This document shows positions 1 through 10,025 of a stretch of DNA of 64,000 nucleotides, piece by piece. Positions within the stretch are counted from its first letter, which is position 1, and the number at the start of each line of letters is the position of its first letter. The notes beneath the pieces are model-generated. The model searched no databases and was not told where the DNA came from. It worked only from the letters and a program-made list of their open reading frames with translations. The stretch covers positions 2,155 to 66,154 of the forward strand of contig JAYRXE010000037.1 in NCBI GenBank assembly GCA_041917695.1, read 5' to 3'. A program made the translations under genes and the position numbers. This DNA is from Minisyncoccota bacterium (GTDB lineage Bacteria > Patescibacteriota > Minisyncoccia > UBA6257 > GWB1-50-10).

Positions 1-32
1 TCGGTAGGCGACCGTCACCGGTCCGCGCATCC

Positions 33-230
33 TTACTTTGAAGACCGCTTTTTCCCGCGATTGCGGCCTGGTTTGCGCACGCGCTTCACGGAAACCGTGA
101 GTTTTGCGCGCCCTTTCCGGCGGCGGCGGGCAAGCACCTTCCTTCCTCCCGCCGTTTTCGTGCGGGTATGGAAACCGTGCGTCTTCGCCCGCTTCCTTTT
201 CTTGGGTTGATATGTCCTTTTAGTCGCCAT
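33..230 (-). CDS. rpmH: 50S ribosomal protein L34 with basic C-terminal extension
   Basis: [17 protein letters not shown]...[14 protein letters not shown]34 signature; divergent from dnaA. Confidence 0.95.
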   Translation of the reverse strand: MATKRTYQPKKRKRAKTHGFHTRTKTAGGRKVLARRRRKGRAKLTVSVKRVRKPGRNRGKKRSSK

Positions 231-236
231 AATCAG

Positions 237-257
237 CTATCCACAACTTGTGAACAA
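237..257. promoter_or_regulatory. DnaA boxes upstream of dnaA
   Basis: CTATCCACA (237-245) and TGTGAACAA (249-257), close to the TTATCCACA consensus, in the rpmH-dnaA spacer. Confidence 0.65.
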
Positions 258-329
258 TTAAAGCACAAAGCCTCGGTTGAATCAATATTGCTTACCACTA
301 GAATGTTCGTATAGTAGGTATAACCAAAC

Positions 330-1697
330 ATGGACCATAACGAATTGTGGCAGGCGGTTTTAGGGGATCTTGAAGTGCAGATCTCCCGCACCAATTTTCT
401 TACGTGGTTCAAACAGAGCAAGATTGTCGATCGGCGCGACGGTGAGGGTGTGGTACTCGTCGGCCTCCCCAACAACTTCGCGAAAGAATGGGTGAGGAAC
501 CGCTACCATAAACTTATTCTCGGTTCTCTCCGTAACATGGACTCGAGCGTGAAAAGCGTCGAATATTCCGTGGTCCACAACCATGCCGCGACGCTTGCGC
601 CGGCAAAGGCGGTGAAGCGCGAAGAGCGCCACACCCCCAAACTCCCCCTCGAATCGAAAATCGACCCCAAAACCAACCTCAACCCACGCTACACGCTCGA
701 ATCTTTGGTTGTGGGTTCCTCGAACGAGCTCGCGTATGCGGCAATCCAAGCGATTGTGAAGGAGCCGGGGAAAAAATACAATCCGCTTTTCATTTACGGC
801 GGCGTCGGATTGGGAAAAACCCACCTACTCCAGGGCGGGGGAAACGAAATCAAAAAAAAGTATGACAACCAAGTCCGCGTTTTTTACGTCACATCGGAAA
901 AATTCCTCAATGACGTCGTGGGCGCCATTAAAAACAAGCGCAGTGAGGATATTAAGAACAAATACCGCGACGTTGACGTGCTCATCATCGACGACATCCA
1001 ATTCATCGGCGGCAAGGCGGCGACCGAGCAGGAGTTTTTCCATACCTTCAACTCGCTCTACGAGAACAACAAGCAAATCATCATTTCCTCCGATAAGCCG
1101 CCGGGAGCCATCCCCATCCTCGAAGAGCGCCTCCGGAGCCGATTTGAGGGCGGCATGGTGGTCGATATCACGTATCCGGACTATGAGATGCGCCTCGCTA
1201 TCTTAAAATCCAAAATCGAGCGCGAGCAGGTGTATATCGAGGAGAAAATACTCGAACTTATTGCCTCGAAAGTGCAACGCAACATCCGCGAACTTGAAGG
1301 GGTGCTGAATAAGGTTATTTTTTACACCACTTTCAAAAAAGAGCGTATCGACGAGAAAAAAATAGACGATATTATCGGCGAAATCACCCAGGTAAGCCAC
1401 AAGAATGTGACACCCCAGGAGATCATCCGCATTGTTTCCGAGTTCTTTGAGATATCGACGAGCGACTTAGTGAATAAAGGCCGCAAGAAAGAAGTGGTTG
1501 AGCCCCGTCAAATCGCCATGTTCCTTCTCCGCGACGTCCTGAAACTTTCCTATCCCCACATCGGGGAGCGCCTGGGAAAGCGCGACCACACCACCGTCAT
1601 CCACGCCTGCGAGAAAATCAACCGCGAGATGAACGAAAACCCCCAACTCAACCAAAAAATCCTCCTTATCAAGGAACGGGTATATAAAGATGGATAA
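330..1697 (+). CDS. dnaA: chromosomal replication initiator DnaA
   Basis: YNPLFIYGGVGLGKTHL Walker A, IDDIQF Walker B, KRDHTTVIHA domain IV. Confidence 0.99.
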   Translation: MDHNELWQAVLGDLEVQISRTNFLTWFKQSKIVDRRDGEGVVLVGLPNNFAKEWVRNRYHKLILGSLRNMDSSVKSVEYSVVHNHAATLAPAKAVKREERHTPKLPLESKIDPKTNLNPRYTLESLVVGSSNELAYAAIQAIVKEPGKKYNPLFIYGGVGLGKTHLLQGGGNEIKKKYDNQVRVFYVTSEKFLNDVVGAIKNKRSEDIKNKYRDVDVLIIDDIQFIGGKAATEQEFFHTFNSLYENNKQIIISSDKPPGAIPILEERLRSRFEGGMVVDITYPDYEMRLAILKSKIEREQVYIEEKILELIASKVQRNIRELEGVLNKVIFYTTFKKERIDEKKIDDIIGEITQVSHKNVTPQEIIRIVSEFFEISTSDLVNKGRKKEVVEPRQIAMFLLRDVLKLSYPHIGERLGKRDHTTVIHACEKINREMNENPQLNQKILLIKERVYKDG

Positions 1698-1888
1698 CGT
1701 GGGGAAAAAGAGGTTCTTCCGCTGGGTATAAAAGAACTTTCTTCACCACCGAAAAAAGAGCGCTGGGGATAATCCCCAAAACCATCCACAAGATATAAAA
1801 CGTAAAAACGAATCCAGGAAAAGAAAAAACAAACTTATCCACCTATCCACACCCCCTACTACAACAACTATTTCTTTATATACATATC
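1698..1888. other. oriC: oriC unwinding region (dnaA-dnaN spacer)
   Basis: DnaA-box-like TGGGGATAA 1764, CCATCCACA 1782, tandem TTATCCACC/CTATCCACA 1835-1851, followed by CTACTACAACAACTA trios and an AT-rich run. Confidence 0.85.
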
Positions 1889-2995
1889 ATGAAAATAATA
1901 CTGCTTAAGAACAAACTTGTGGAAGCCTTGAACCTCGTCGAACGTGCGACGGGTTCAAACCCTTCCCTGCCAATCCTGAAAAGCGTCCTCATCGAAGCCC
2001 GGGAGAACAAGATATCGATGAGCGCGACAAACCTCGAATTCGCGGTCACATATTCGTTTTCCGGGAAAATCGTCGAAGCGGGTAGCGTAGCGGTTCCCGC
2101 CCCGCTCCTCGCGGGTCTCGTTAAAAACCTCTCCTCCGAGCGCGTGACGCTTGAATTGAAGGGGAAGAAGTTAAGCGTGGTGACCGAAAACTACGAAGCG
2201 GGCATGCAAACCCAGGAAGTGAAGGATTTCCCCATCATTCCACGGCTTACGAGCGAGGCGGCCCGTCTTGAGACCACGACGCGGGGATTCGGGGAAGGAC
2301 TCATGAGCGTCATTTCAGCGACGCAGCTTTCAGAAATCCGCCCGGAGATCAGCGGTGTTTTTGTGACGCGCGAAGGAGGGGTGATGTTGGTCGCCACCGA
2401 CAGCTTCAGGCTCGCGGAAAAGCATTTTGACAGCTTTAAATCCGAATCGCTTGAGGGGGTCCGCGCGGTGGTACCGATTCGTACCGCCGAAGAGGTCTTG
2501 CGCATCCTTACGTCGCGCGAGGATACCCCGCTAGACGTGTTTTTTGACGATACGCAGGTTTTTATGAAGACGAACGATATCGAGGTCGTTTCACGGTTGG
2601 TGGACGGCAATTTCCCCGATTATAAGGCGATTGTGCCGAAAGAAGTGAAAACGGACGTGATAGTCGACCGCCAGGAATTTCTCCAGGCGCTCCGCTTGGT
2701 AAGCACTTTTTCCACGAAAATTAACGACGTGCGCATCACGGTCGGAGAGGGGGGTAAGCACATAGAGGTTTCCTCCTCGAACTCTTCCCTCGGCGAGAAC
2801 GTGTATAAAATTCCGGCAAAAATAAAAGGCGACTCGTTTTCGGTCGCCTTCAATTGGAGGTTTTTGGTTGATGCCCTCAAGTCTTTTTCGGAGGACGATG
2901 TCAGTTTCGGCGTGAACGGCTCCGGACGGCCCTCGGTCATACGCGGCGCAGGGGATAAAAGCCTCTTGTACGTCGTGATGCCGCTCACCATCTAA
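1889..2995 (+). CDS. dnaN: DNA polymerase III beta clamp
   Basis: ATNLE, VATDSFRLA, SRLVDGNFPDY, YVVMPL motifs; follows dnaA. Confidence 0.97.
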   Translation: MKIILLKNKLVEALNLVERATGSNPSLPILKSVLIEARENKISMSATNLEFAVTYSFSGKIVEAGSVAVPAPLLAGLVKNLSSERVTLELKGKKLSVVTENYEAGMQTQEVKDFPIIPRLTSEAARLETTTRGFGEGLMSVISATQLSEIRPEISGVFVTREGGVMLVATDSFRLAEKHFDSFKSESLEGVRAVVPIRTAEEVLRILTSREDTPLDVFFDDTQVFMKTNDIEVVSRLVDGNFPDYKAIVPKEVKTDVIVDRQEFLQALRLVSTFSTKINDVRITVGEGGKHIEVSSSNSSLGENVYKIPAKIKGDSFSVAFNWRFLVDALKSFSEDDVSFGVNGSGRPSVIRGAGDKSLLYVVMPLTI

Positions 2996-3002
2996 CCCCG
3001 CC

Positions 3003-5459
3003 TTAGTGCGCGTAGACGGTGAATTTACGCGATTGGACGCGATTCTTTTGGTCGGTCACCCGAATTTCGAATCGGTTTTCCGCCGCGAGGCCCTGGTAAA
3101 AATAGTATTGATATTCAAACGACTTACCCGCAATATTCAGCTGATTCTTGAGGCTCCCATTCACATAGAGCTGTATCAACGCCAACTCGTCGGATGAGCT
3201 GATTGAAGCCCGGATGGGGAATGGCCCCGATATCGTCGAACCGTCAGAGGGTTCCACTACTCCAATTCTTATCTCGCCGGGCGCGAGAGGAACCGAACCG
3301 GGTGGAAAGTATCCATTCCCAGTTCCAGTTCCCGTGCTCCCCGATCCGGATGTTCCAGGGACGGTAAGTCCGGGATTGTTTTCCTGTATCCACTTGCGCA
3401 CACCATCCTCCCACCCGGGGAATTGGGGGTCGCTTGCAGGATTTTCCGGCCATGCTCCGCGCGGATCGTCCTTGCGCACGTAGTAAAGGATAGAATGCGC
3501 TTCAGGAACGCCGTTATTCATCCACACGTAATCGCCGTTCAACATCGGCTTTGAGATTGCAGGGGAAGAGTCGGGAGCGGGGAACGATTCCTGAGGATAA
3601 TTTTTCAGCGCCTCACGAAGGAAGTTGCTCCACATCGGGATAGCCGCCAGGATGGACCCTCCTTTCCGCACCATCGGCTTGTTGTCGGTATTACCCGCCC
3701 ATACGCCGACCGTGAGTGAGGGCGTGTATCCGAAAGCCCACGCATCGCGGTAGTCTTGCGTGGTACCCGTCTTCAAAGCCACGTCGTATCCCGGAAAAAT
3801 CGTGAGCCCCAAGCTTGACTGGAAGAGTCCCGAGCGAAGTTCCTGGCTCGAGAGAATATGGTTTATACGGCGCGGGTTTTCAGGTTCCATGACGCGCGTC
3901 CCTTCGCTTTCTTTCCATTCTTCCACGGTGTCGCCCGAGGTATTTTCGATTTTCAAGATAATGGACTGGTCGTGGCGAACGCCCTCCTGCGACATCGTTG
4001 CGTATGCGTTTACCAAGTCGACCAAATGCACTTCGCCTCCGCCCAGAACGAGCGTCAAGCTGTACCGGTCGCGGTCGTTTAAGGTGGTGATGCCGAAGTT
4101 ATGGAGCGTGTCGAGCGAGTTTTGGAGGCCCGCGAGATACAGCGTTTTAACCGCGGGTACGTTCAAGGATTGCGCAAGGGCGCTCTGCATCGCAATAGGC
4201 CCCCGGAAAATACCGTCAAAGTTCTCGGGCGAGTAGCTTTCCGACCCGCCGCGCGTGTCGAACTCTGTTTTTGCGTCAAAGAGAAGGGTTTCCGGCGTGT
4301 ACCCCTTTTCAAAAGCGGTGAGGTAGACGTACGGCTTTAGCGCGGAACCCGGCTGGCGGAGCCCCTGCGTCGCGACGTTGTAATTTCCCCGTATTGTGTC
4401 GTCGAAATAGTCGCGTGAGCCGACAAGGGTGAGTATTTGTCCCGTTTTCGGGTCTTCAGCGACCAATGATGCGTTCCGCCCCTCGTAATTTTTTTCGTTG
4501 TTTGCCGCTCCTTCCGCGACCACCTTTTCGGCGATTTCCTGCAGTTTCCAATCAAGCGTGGTGATAACCTTGTATCCGGCCTGGGTTAGGTCCTCGTCTC
4601 CGTATTTCTCCTCAAGGTACTGCTTCACCATGAGTGAAAAATGAGGCGCCCGGATGGAGCCGATTGATTGCGGAAGAAATACCAATTCTTTCCGCTTGGC
4701 GGCGTCCGCCTCGTCCTTCGATATGTATCCCAGCTTCGTCATCTGGTCGAGGACGTAATTTTTCCGGTCCATGAGGTCGTCCACGTGGAATCCGTAGGGT
4801 GAGTAATAGCTGGGGGCCTGCGCCAAAGAAACGATAAGCGCGGCTTCGTGCAATTCGAGGTCTTTCGCGTGTTTTCCGAAAAAGGTCTGCGCCGCCGCTT
4901 CGATGCCGTAGGCGTTCGACCCGTACGGGATTTGATTTAAATAAAAATATAAAATCTCATCCTTCGTGTACCGGTTTTCAAGCTGGACGGCGAGAATAAG
5001 CTCCTTGGCTTTGCGGGTGAAAGTTTTTTCGTTCGTAAGGAATATGTTTTTCGCAAGCTGCTGGGTGATGGTCGAACCGCCCTGCGCATACCGCCCGGAT
5101 TGGAGGTTTACGAAAACGGCCCGGACGATTGATTTCCAGTCGAAGGCGGGCTGGTTGTAAAAATCGGCGTCTTCCGCGGCAAGCGTGGCTTTTTTCACGA
5201 TATCCGGGACGTCCTCCGGCGGTATCAGTGTCCTTTTTTCCTCGCCGTGTATTTCATAGAGCAATACTTCGCCGGTTCGGTCGTATATTTTCGTCGACTG
5301 AGTTATCTTCTTTACGCTGAAATCGTCAGGTGAGGGGAGATTCGCCGCAAGTACGGCGACCGCGATAAGGCCGGCTACCACGCATACCGCAAACGCGCCA
5401 AGCGCCCAGGTAATGGCCTTTTTCCCCAGGGAACTCCTGGAATCCGTTTCTTTTTTCAT
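3003..5459 (-). CDS. class A penicillin-binding protein (PBP1A family) with C-terminal Ig-like domain
   Basis: EDADFY, GGSTITQQL, RKAKE glycosyltransferase motifs; SALK, SLN, KTG transpeptidase motifs; start set at ATG 5459 behind TACAAT. Confidence 0.92.
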   Translation of the reverse strand: MKKETDSRSSLGKKAITWALGAFAVCVVAGLIAVAVLAANLPSPDDFSVKKITQSTKIYDRTGEVLLYEIHGEEKRTLIPPEDVPDIVKKATLAAEDADFYNQPAFDWKSIVRAVFVNLQSGRYAQGGSTITQQLAKNIFLTNEKTFTRKAKELILAVQLENRYTKDEILYFYLNQIPYGSNAYGIEAAAQTFFGKHAKDLELHEAALIVSLAQAPSYYSPYGFHVDDLMDRKNYVLDQMTKLGYISKDEADAAKRKELVFLPQSIGSIRAPHFSLMVKQYLEEKYGDEDLTQAGYKVITTLDWKLQEIAEKVVAEGAANNEKNYEGRNASLVAEDPKTGQILTLVGSRDYFDDTIRGNYNVATQGLRQPGSALKPYVYLTAFEKGYTPETLLFDAKTEFDTRGGSESYSPENFDGIFRGPIAMQSALAQSLNVPAVKTLYLAGLQNSLDTLHNFGITTLNDRDRYSLTLVLGGGEVHLVDLVNAYATMSQEGVRHDQSIILKIENTSGDTVEEWKESEGTRVMEPENPRRINHILSSQELRSGLFQSSLGLTIFPGYDVALKTGTTQDYRDAWAFGYTPSLTVGVWAGNTDNKPMVRKGGSILAAIPMWSNFLREALKNYPQESFPAPDSSPAISKPMLNGDYVWMNNGVPEAHSILYYVRKDDPRGAWPENPASDPQFPGWEDGVRKWIQENNPGLTVPGTSGSGSTGTGTGNGYFPPGSVPLAPGEIRIGVVEPSDGSTISGPFPIRASISSSDELALIQLYVNGSLKNQLNIAGKSFEYQYYFYQGLAAENRFEIRVTDQKNRVQSRKFTVYAH

Positions 5460-5493
5460 ATTTCCTATTGTAGCGCGCCCCGGTTCTTGAAAC

Positions 5494-5521
5494 AAAAAAC
5501 CCGCGACAAGGGCGGGTTTTT
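5494..5521. terminator. intrinsic terminator
   Basis: AAAAAACCCGC-GACAAGG-GCGGGTTTTT hairpin downstream of the 5544-5744 ORF. Confidence 0.7.
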
Positions 5522-5543
5522 AACGGTTTCCACCGTGAAGATA

Positions 5544-5744
5544 TTACAATCCTTCTTCTTCGGAGTCTTCACCGTCCATTCCTTCGAGGGCGCCGTCCTC
5601 AGCGAGCATGTCTTCGTCGTCTTCGCTGTGCGCGGCTTTTTTCTTAGATCCGCCGGCGGGCTTTGCATCGTCCAGGACTTCGTTCTCCTGGTATTCGTCA
5701 GTGCCGTCCTCAATGAAGAGATCGTCGTCTACTTTTCTCGGCAT
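5544..5744 (-). CDS. small highly acidic hypothetical protein
   Basis: 66 aa, about 25 Asp/Glu, followed by a terminator. Confidence 0.6.
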   Translation of the reverse strand: MPRKVDDDLFIEDGTDEYQENEVLDDAKPAGGSKKKAAHSEDDEDMLAEDGALEGMDGEDSEEEGL

Positions 5745-5820
5745 GCGTTTCGCGTTTTTGTCGTAAAACTTTTAGAGCGACCTTTTCTTTCACCAGAGTA
5801 TACTTCGCCCGAATTCAAAG

Positions 5821-6291
5821 TCAATCCTTCTTAAAGCCCGCCGCGATGGCTATCGCGACCGCATCCGTCTCATCGTCAACCTTACCGGACAAATCAGCCC
5901 CCGAGAACCGTCCGGCCATGCGGGCAACGTCGTTTTTTGCCGCCCGCCCATGCCCCGTGAGGAGGAGCTTCACCTCCATGGGCGAGATCTCAATGACGGG
6001 AATGTTGTTTTCCGCGAAAACCTTCAAAATGACGCCGCGGGCTTCTGCGACCGAGAGGGCGGTGGTCCGATTTTTTGAGAAAAAAAGCGTTTCAACGCCG
6101 GCCCGTTCGGGATGGTGCCGCGCAACAATCTCGCGAAGCGCGGTTTCGATGGTGAAAAGCCTGTCCGCCCGGCCCTCCCCGGAAGTTACCCGCAAAATAC
6201 CGCTCTCCACGTACGAGAAGGCGTTCTTCGCATAGTCGACGATACCGAATCCTGCGCGATCCGTCCCCGGGTCGATGCCGATAATGCGCAT
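5821..6291 (-). CDS. ruvC: Holliday junction resolvase RuvC
   Basis: IIGIDPG, VETLFF, EARGV, DDETDAVAIA motifs. Confidence 0.95.
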   Translation of the reverse strand: MRIIGIDPGTDRAGFGIVDYAKNAFSYVESGILRVTSGEGRADRLFTIETALREIVARHHPERAGVETLFFSKNRTTALSVAEARGVILKVFAENNIPVIEISPMEVKLLLTGHGRAAKNDVARMAGRFSGADLSGKVDDETDAVAIAIAAGFKKD

Positions 6292-6294
6292 ATT

Positions 6295-7572
6295 TTATGA
6301 CGCCGAGTCCGCGGAGAGGGGGAGAGTGACCCAAAACGTGCTTCCGCGGCCTTCTTTGGATTCAAAGTTGGTTTGCCCCCCATGGCGCTCCACAATCTTC
6401 TTTACGATGTAGAGCCCCAAGCCGGTGCCGTTTGCGTCGGTTGAGGAGGCTCCGGCTCCGCGGGAGAATTTTTTGAAAAGCTTTGCACGGTCCGATTCAG
6501 CAATTCCCTTGCCGGTATCTTCGATGGAAATCTTTGCGATACGCCGTTCGGGGAACACTTCAAGACGCACCCGCGCCTCGCCGTTTTTTGTGTTGTATTT
6601 CACCGCGTTATCAATGAGGTTTCCGAGCGCGGTCCCGAGCGTCGCCTCATCGATGCGGGCGGAGGCGGACTCCCATTCCGGGGGAACGGGCTGGAAAAAG
6701 AGGTTTACCGAGCGCTCTTTGGCAAAAAGCGACCCCGCCTCGACGATTTTCCTGAGAAAAGGCGCGAGCGCCACGTCCGCCGGCGCGTAGTCGCCGCTTC
6801 CCGATTCTATCTTCGCCACCTCAAGCAGGTCGTTCACGATCTTTAATGAGCGCGCGGAAACCGAAAGCGCTTCGGTCGCGATGGGAAGGACGCCTGCCGG
6901 ATTTTCCGATGCGCCTTTCACGATGTTTTCGAGGGCCCAATTTATCGCGGTGAGGGGGGTGCGGAGCTGGTGCGCCGCCACGTCGACGAATTCTGATTTT
7001 TCCTCCGCGGTTTCCCGTTCTTCGCTCGCGTCACGCACGCTTTTGATGAAGTAGGCGATACCGCCCTGTTCATTCATGACCCGTGAAACGGACGTGAGGA
7101 ATTTGCGGGAAGGTTTTTCGGTGGTTATCTCGACCCGTTTCGGCCACGCGTCCGCGTCGCTTAATTCGGTCGCCGAGGCGGCCAGGGAAGGGAAGAGTAT
7201 TTGTATGAACAGGCGGTCGTTTCCCGCGAGGTCCGTCCGCGGTTCCGCTTTTTTGCCTTTCCATGCTTCGCGCGCAATACCAAACATTTTTTCAGTTGCG
7301 GCGTTCAAGGCGAGCAGACGGAATTCCTCGTCGTACACGATGACGCTTTCGTCGAGGTGCTCCGCAAGCGCGTCGAATCCCCGAGTCTTCACGTCGAATT
7401 CCTTTCGGAGAAGCGAGAGGGCTGATCGGTTGCGGTAGAGCGGTATGGCGACGACGGCAATACCGAGAAGTCCGGCAACGAGGTTTACGGGAAAAGAGAG
7501 AAACGCTCCGGCGGCGACAAGAAGCGCGCCAAGAAGGACGAGGACCGCGGATTGTTGGGTAAGAAAGCTCAT
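6295..7572 (-). CDS. PAS-domain sensor histidine kinase (orphan in window)
   Basis: 2 TM, AHQLRTPL H-box, NLIDNAVKY, DTGKGI, GTGLGL. Confidence 0.92.
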   Translation of the reverse strand: MSFLTQQSAVLVLLGALLVAAGAFLSFPVNLVAGLLGIAVVAIPLYRNRSALSLLRKEFDVKTRGFDALAEHLDESVIVYDEEFRLLALNAATEKMFGIAREAWKGKKAEPRTDLAGNDRLFIQILFPSLAASATELSDADAWPKRVEITTEKPSRKFLTSVSRVMNEQGGIAYFIKSVRDASEERETAEEKSEFVDVAAHQLRTPLTAINWALENIVKGASENPAGVLPIATEALSVSARSLKIVNDLLEVAKIESGSGDYAPADVALAPFLRKIVEAGSLFAKERSVNLFFQPVPPEWESASARIDEATLGTALGNLIDNAVKYNTKNGEARVRLEVFPERRIAKISIEDTGKGIAESDRAKLFKKFSRGAGASSTDANGTGLGLYIVKKIVERHGGQTNFESKEGRGSTFWVTLPLSADSAS

Positions 7573-10025
7573 AGCTCGCGATATTCCATGGCGCCAAGGG
7601 TCTTTCCGACCTTCGCATCCACGGTGAGCGGCACGGTGAGCGCGTATGAATTTTCGAGCACGCGCTTCATATCGCCCATGAATGGCTCAAGAATATCATC
7701 CGAGACCTCGAATATCAATTCATCATGGATGGTGAGCGCAATCCGTGCGGCGTAGTTTTTAGCGTGAATGGTCTCGTACGCCTTCCGCATGGCGATTTTC
7801 ACGATATCCGCTTCGAGGCTTTGGATGGGCATGTTGATGGCTGCGCGTTCGATTTCAAAAAAGTTCTTTGCGTCGGAAAACCAGCGCTTCCGCCCGTTCT
7901 CGTTCTCGACGTAGCCCAATTCCTTTACGCGGGCTTTTTCCTCTTCCTGCCACTTCCTGACTCCGGGGAATTCGGCAAAATACTCGGCTATGTAGCGCTT
8001 CGCGTCCTCCACCGTCATTCCCGCCTCCTGGGCGAAGGCCCGCGCACCCATCCCGTAGGCGAGACCGAAGTTCAGGGTTTTCGCGACTCGGCGCTTTTCC
8101 GGCGATACGGTTTCGGCATGGAAGATTTTTTGCGCGGTCGCCGTATGGATGTCCCGCCCTTCGCGAAAAGCCGTGAGAAGCGCTTCGTCTTTTGAAACGT
8201 GGGCGATGATGCGGAGTTCAAGCTGGGAATAGTCGAAAGAAACGAATGATCTGCCTTTTTCAGCCTCAAACGCTTCGCGGAGCCCTTTTGACCATCGCGA
8301 ACCCTGGGGAAGGTTTTGGAGGTTCGGTTTTTCGGAGGCGATGCGCCCGGTCGCCGTCCCGGTTTGGAGAAACGTGGTTTGGATGAGACCCTTCGATTTG
8401 CGCGAAAGGGCGAGGAGCGGTTCGACGTAGGTGCCGAGTATCTTCGCGTTTTCCCGGTACCCGAGAAGGAGCGAAACGACGGGGTGTTTTCCCAAAAGCG
8501 AGGCGAGTACGTCCTCCTTTGTCGATATCTGCCCGGTTTTCGTTTTTTTCTTCCCGCCGAGTCCCAGTTTTTCAAAAAGAATCCGACCGATTTCCCGCGG
8601 GGAGTTTATATTGAACTCTTCCCCGGCGAGCGCGAAAATTTCCCCGCTCATCGCGCGAATCTCTTTTTCAAGCGCGCTTTTCATCTCTTCAAGCTTTTTC
8701 GGGTTCACGCGGATACCCCCGCGTTCCATATCGCCCAACACTTCAACGAGCGGCATCTCGACGGTTTCGAGGAGTTTGAGTAATTTTTCCGCCTTCAATT
8801 TTTCATGCAGTATTTCGTATGCTTCCTCGAGCGATTCTTCCGTCGGTTCCGTTTCTTCCCGGCGCAAGTACTGCATTGCAATCAGGCTCCAGGGATAGTC
8901 TTTTTGTCCCGGCTGGAGAAGCCATGCGGCGAGAAGCGTATCGAAATAAGTTCCGTCGATCGCCGGCGCCTTTCCCGTCTCAGCGAGTTTTTTCCAAATA
9001 TTTTTCCAATCATGGGCGACTTTTATCGCGTCCCGCGCTGATTTTGTTTCCGAGAAAGCGCTATCGTCCGCCACGGCGACGATGTTCCTGGTTTTTTTCT
9101 TTCGCGGCGACTTTTGTTTTTTGGGTTTTTCTTCGGTCGCCGCCTCGAAAAGGCCTTGGGCGGGGGAGAGTTTCTCGCGTTCGATAAGGCTTCGGAACTC
9201 GAGGTCCATGCACAGTGCGTAGAGTTTTCCGTTTTCAAACCCGCGCCAGGCGAGGTCGGGAAGCTCGATAGGGAGTTCGACGTCCCGCCGTATCGTGGCA
9301 AGAGTCTTCGAGAGGAGCGCCGCCTCTTTTTGGGACCGGACCTTTTCCTCGGCCGTTCCGGTCGCTTTTGATTTCAGGATCTTTTCAAGCGTTCCGTATT
9401 CTTTGAGCAGCTTCGTTGCTCCCACCGCGCCGATGCCGTTCACTCCTTTTATATTGTCCGATTGGTCGCCCACGAGCGCTTTCCAATCAATCAGCGCTTT
9501 CGGGGGCACGCCGAAGCGTTCCTCGACCGCCGCTTCGTCGTAGTCCACGACGTCGTTCACTCCCTTCCTGAACGTGCGGACGACGACGCGTCCGTCCTCG
9601 ACGAGTTGGAGTGCGTCGAGGTCGCCTGTAAGGATGGTGACGAGCGCTTTCTTCTTAAAGCGCTCCGCAAGCGTTCCCAGGATGTCGTCGCCTTCGAATC
9701 CCGGCAGTTCGACGACGGGGATGCCGAACGCCTCAAACACCCGCTTCGCGCTTTCGAGCTGGGGTACGAGCCGGTCGTCGAGTTCGGGCCGGTGCGCCTT
9801 GTAGATTTCAGAGAGCCCGCTCCTGAAGGTGGGGGCGTCGCAGTCGAAAGCGGCCGCCACGTAATCGTACGAATCCCGCTTCAAAATCTTGAAGAGCGTC
9901 GAGGTGACGCCGTAGAGCGCGCCGGTCGGCTCGCCCCGCCCGTTCGTGAGTCCGGGAAGCGCGTGAAACATGCGATGGATGAGGGCATGCGCGTCTATGA
10001 GGAGCAGTTTTTTTGTTTCTTTCAT
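7569..10025 (-). CDS. polA: DNA polymerase I
   Basis: LLIDAHALIHR 5'-3' exonuclease start, DYSQLELR, KTLNFGLAYG, TIHDEL; start ATG 10025 overlaps tsaE stop. Confidence 0.96.
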   Translation of the reverse strand: MKETKKLLLIDAHALIHRMFHALPGLTNGRGEPTGALYGVTSTLFKILKRDSYDYVAAAFDCDAPTFRSGLSEIYKAHRPELDDRLVPQLESAKRVFEAFGIPVVELPGFEGDDILGTLAERFKKKALVTILTGDLDALQLVEDGRVVVRTFRKGVNDVVDYDEAAVEERFGVPPKALIDWKALVGDQSDNIKGVNGIGAVGATKLLKEYGTLEKILKSKATGTAEEKVRSQKEAALLSKTLATIRRDVELPIELPDLAWRGFENGKLYALCMDLEFRSLIEREKLSPAQGLFEAATEEKPKKQKSPRKKKTRNIVAVADDSAFSETKSARDAIKVAHDWKNIWKKLAETGKAPAIDGTYFDTLLAAWLLQPGQKDYPWSLIAMQYLRREETEPTEESLEEAYEILHEKLKAEKLLKLLETVEMPLVEVLGDMERGGIRVNPKKLEEMKSALEKEIRAMSGEIFALAGEEFNINSPREIGRILFEKLGLGGKKKTKTGQISTKEDVLASLLGKHPVVSLLLGYRENAKILGTYVEPLLALSRKSKGLIQTTFLQTGTATGRIASEKPNLQNLPQGSRWSKGLREAFEAEKGRSFVSFDYSQLELRIIAHVSKDEALLTAFREGRDIHTATAQKIFHAETVSPEKRRVAKTLNFGLAYGMGARAFAQEAGMTVEDAKRYIAEYFAEFPGVRKWQEEEKARVKELGYVENENGRKRWFSDAKNFFEIERAAINMPIQSLEADIVKIAMRKAYETIHAKNYAARIALTIHDELIFEVSDDILEPFMGDMKRVLENSYALTVPLTVDAKVGKTLGAMEYREL

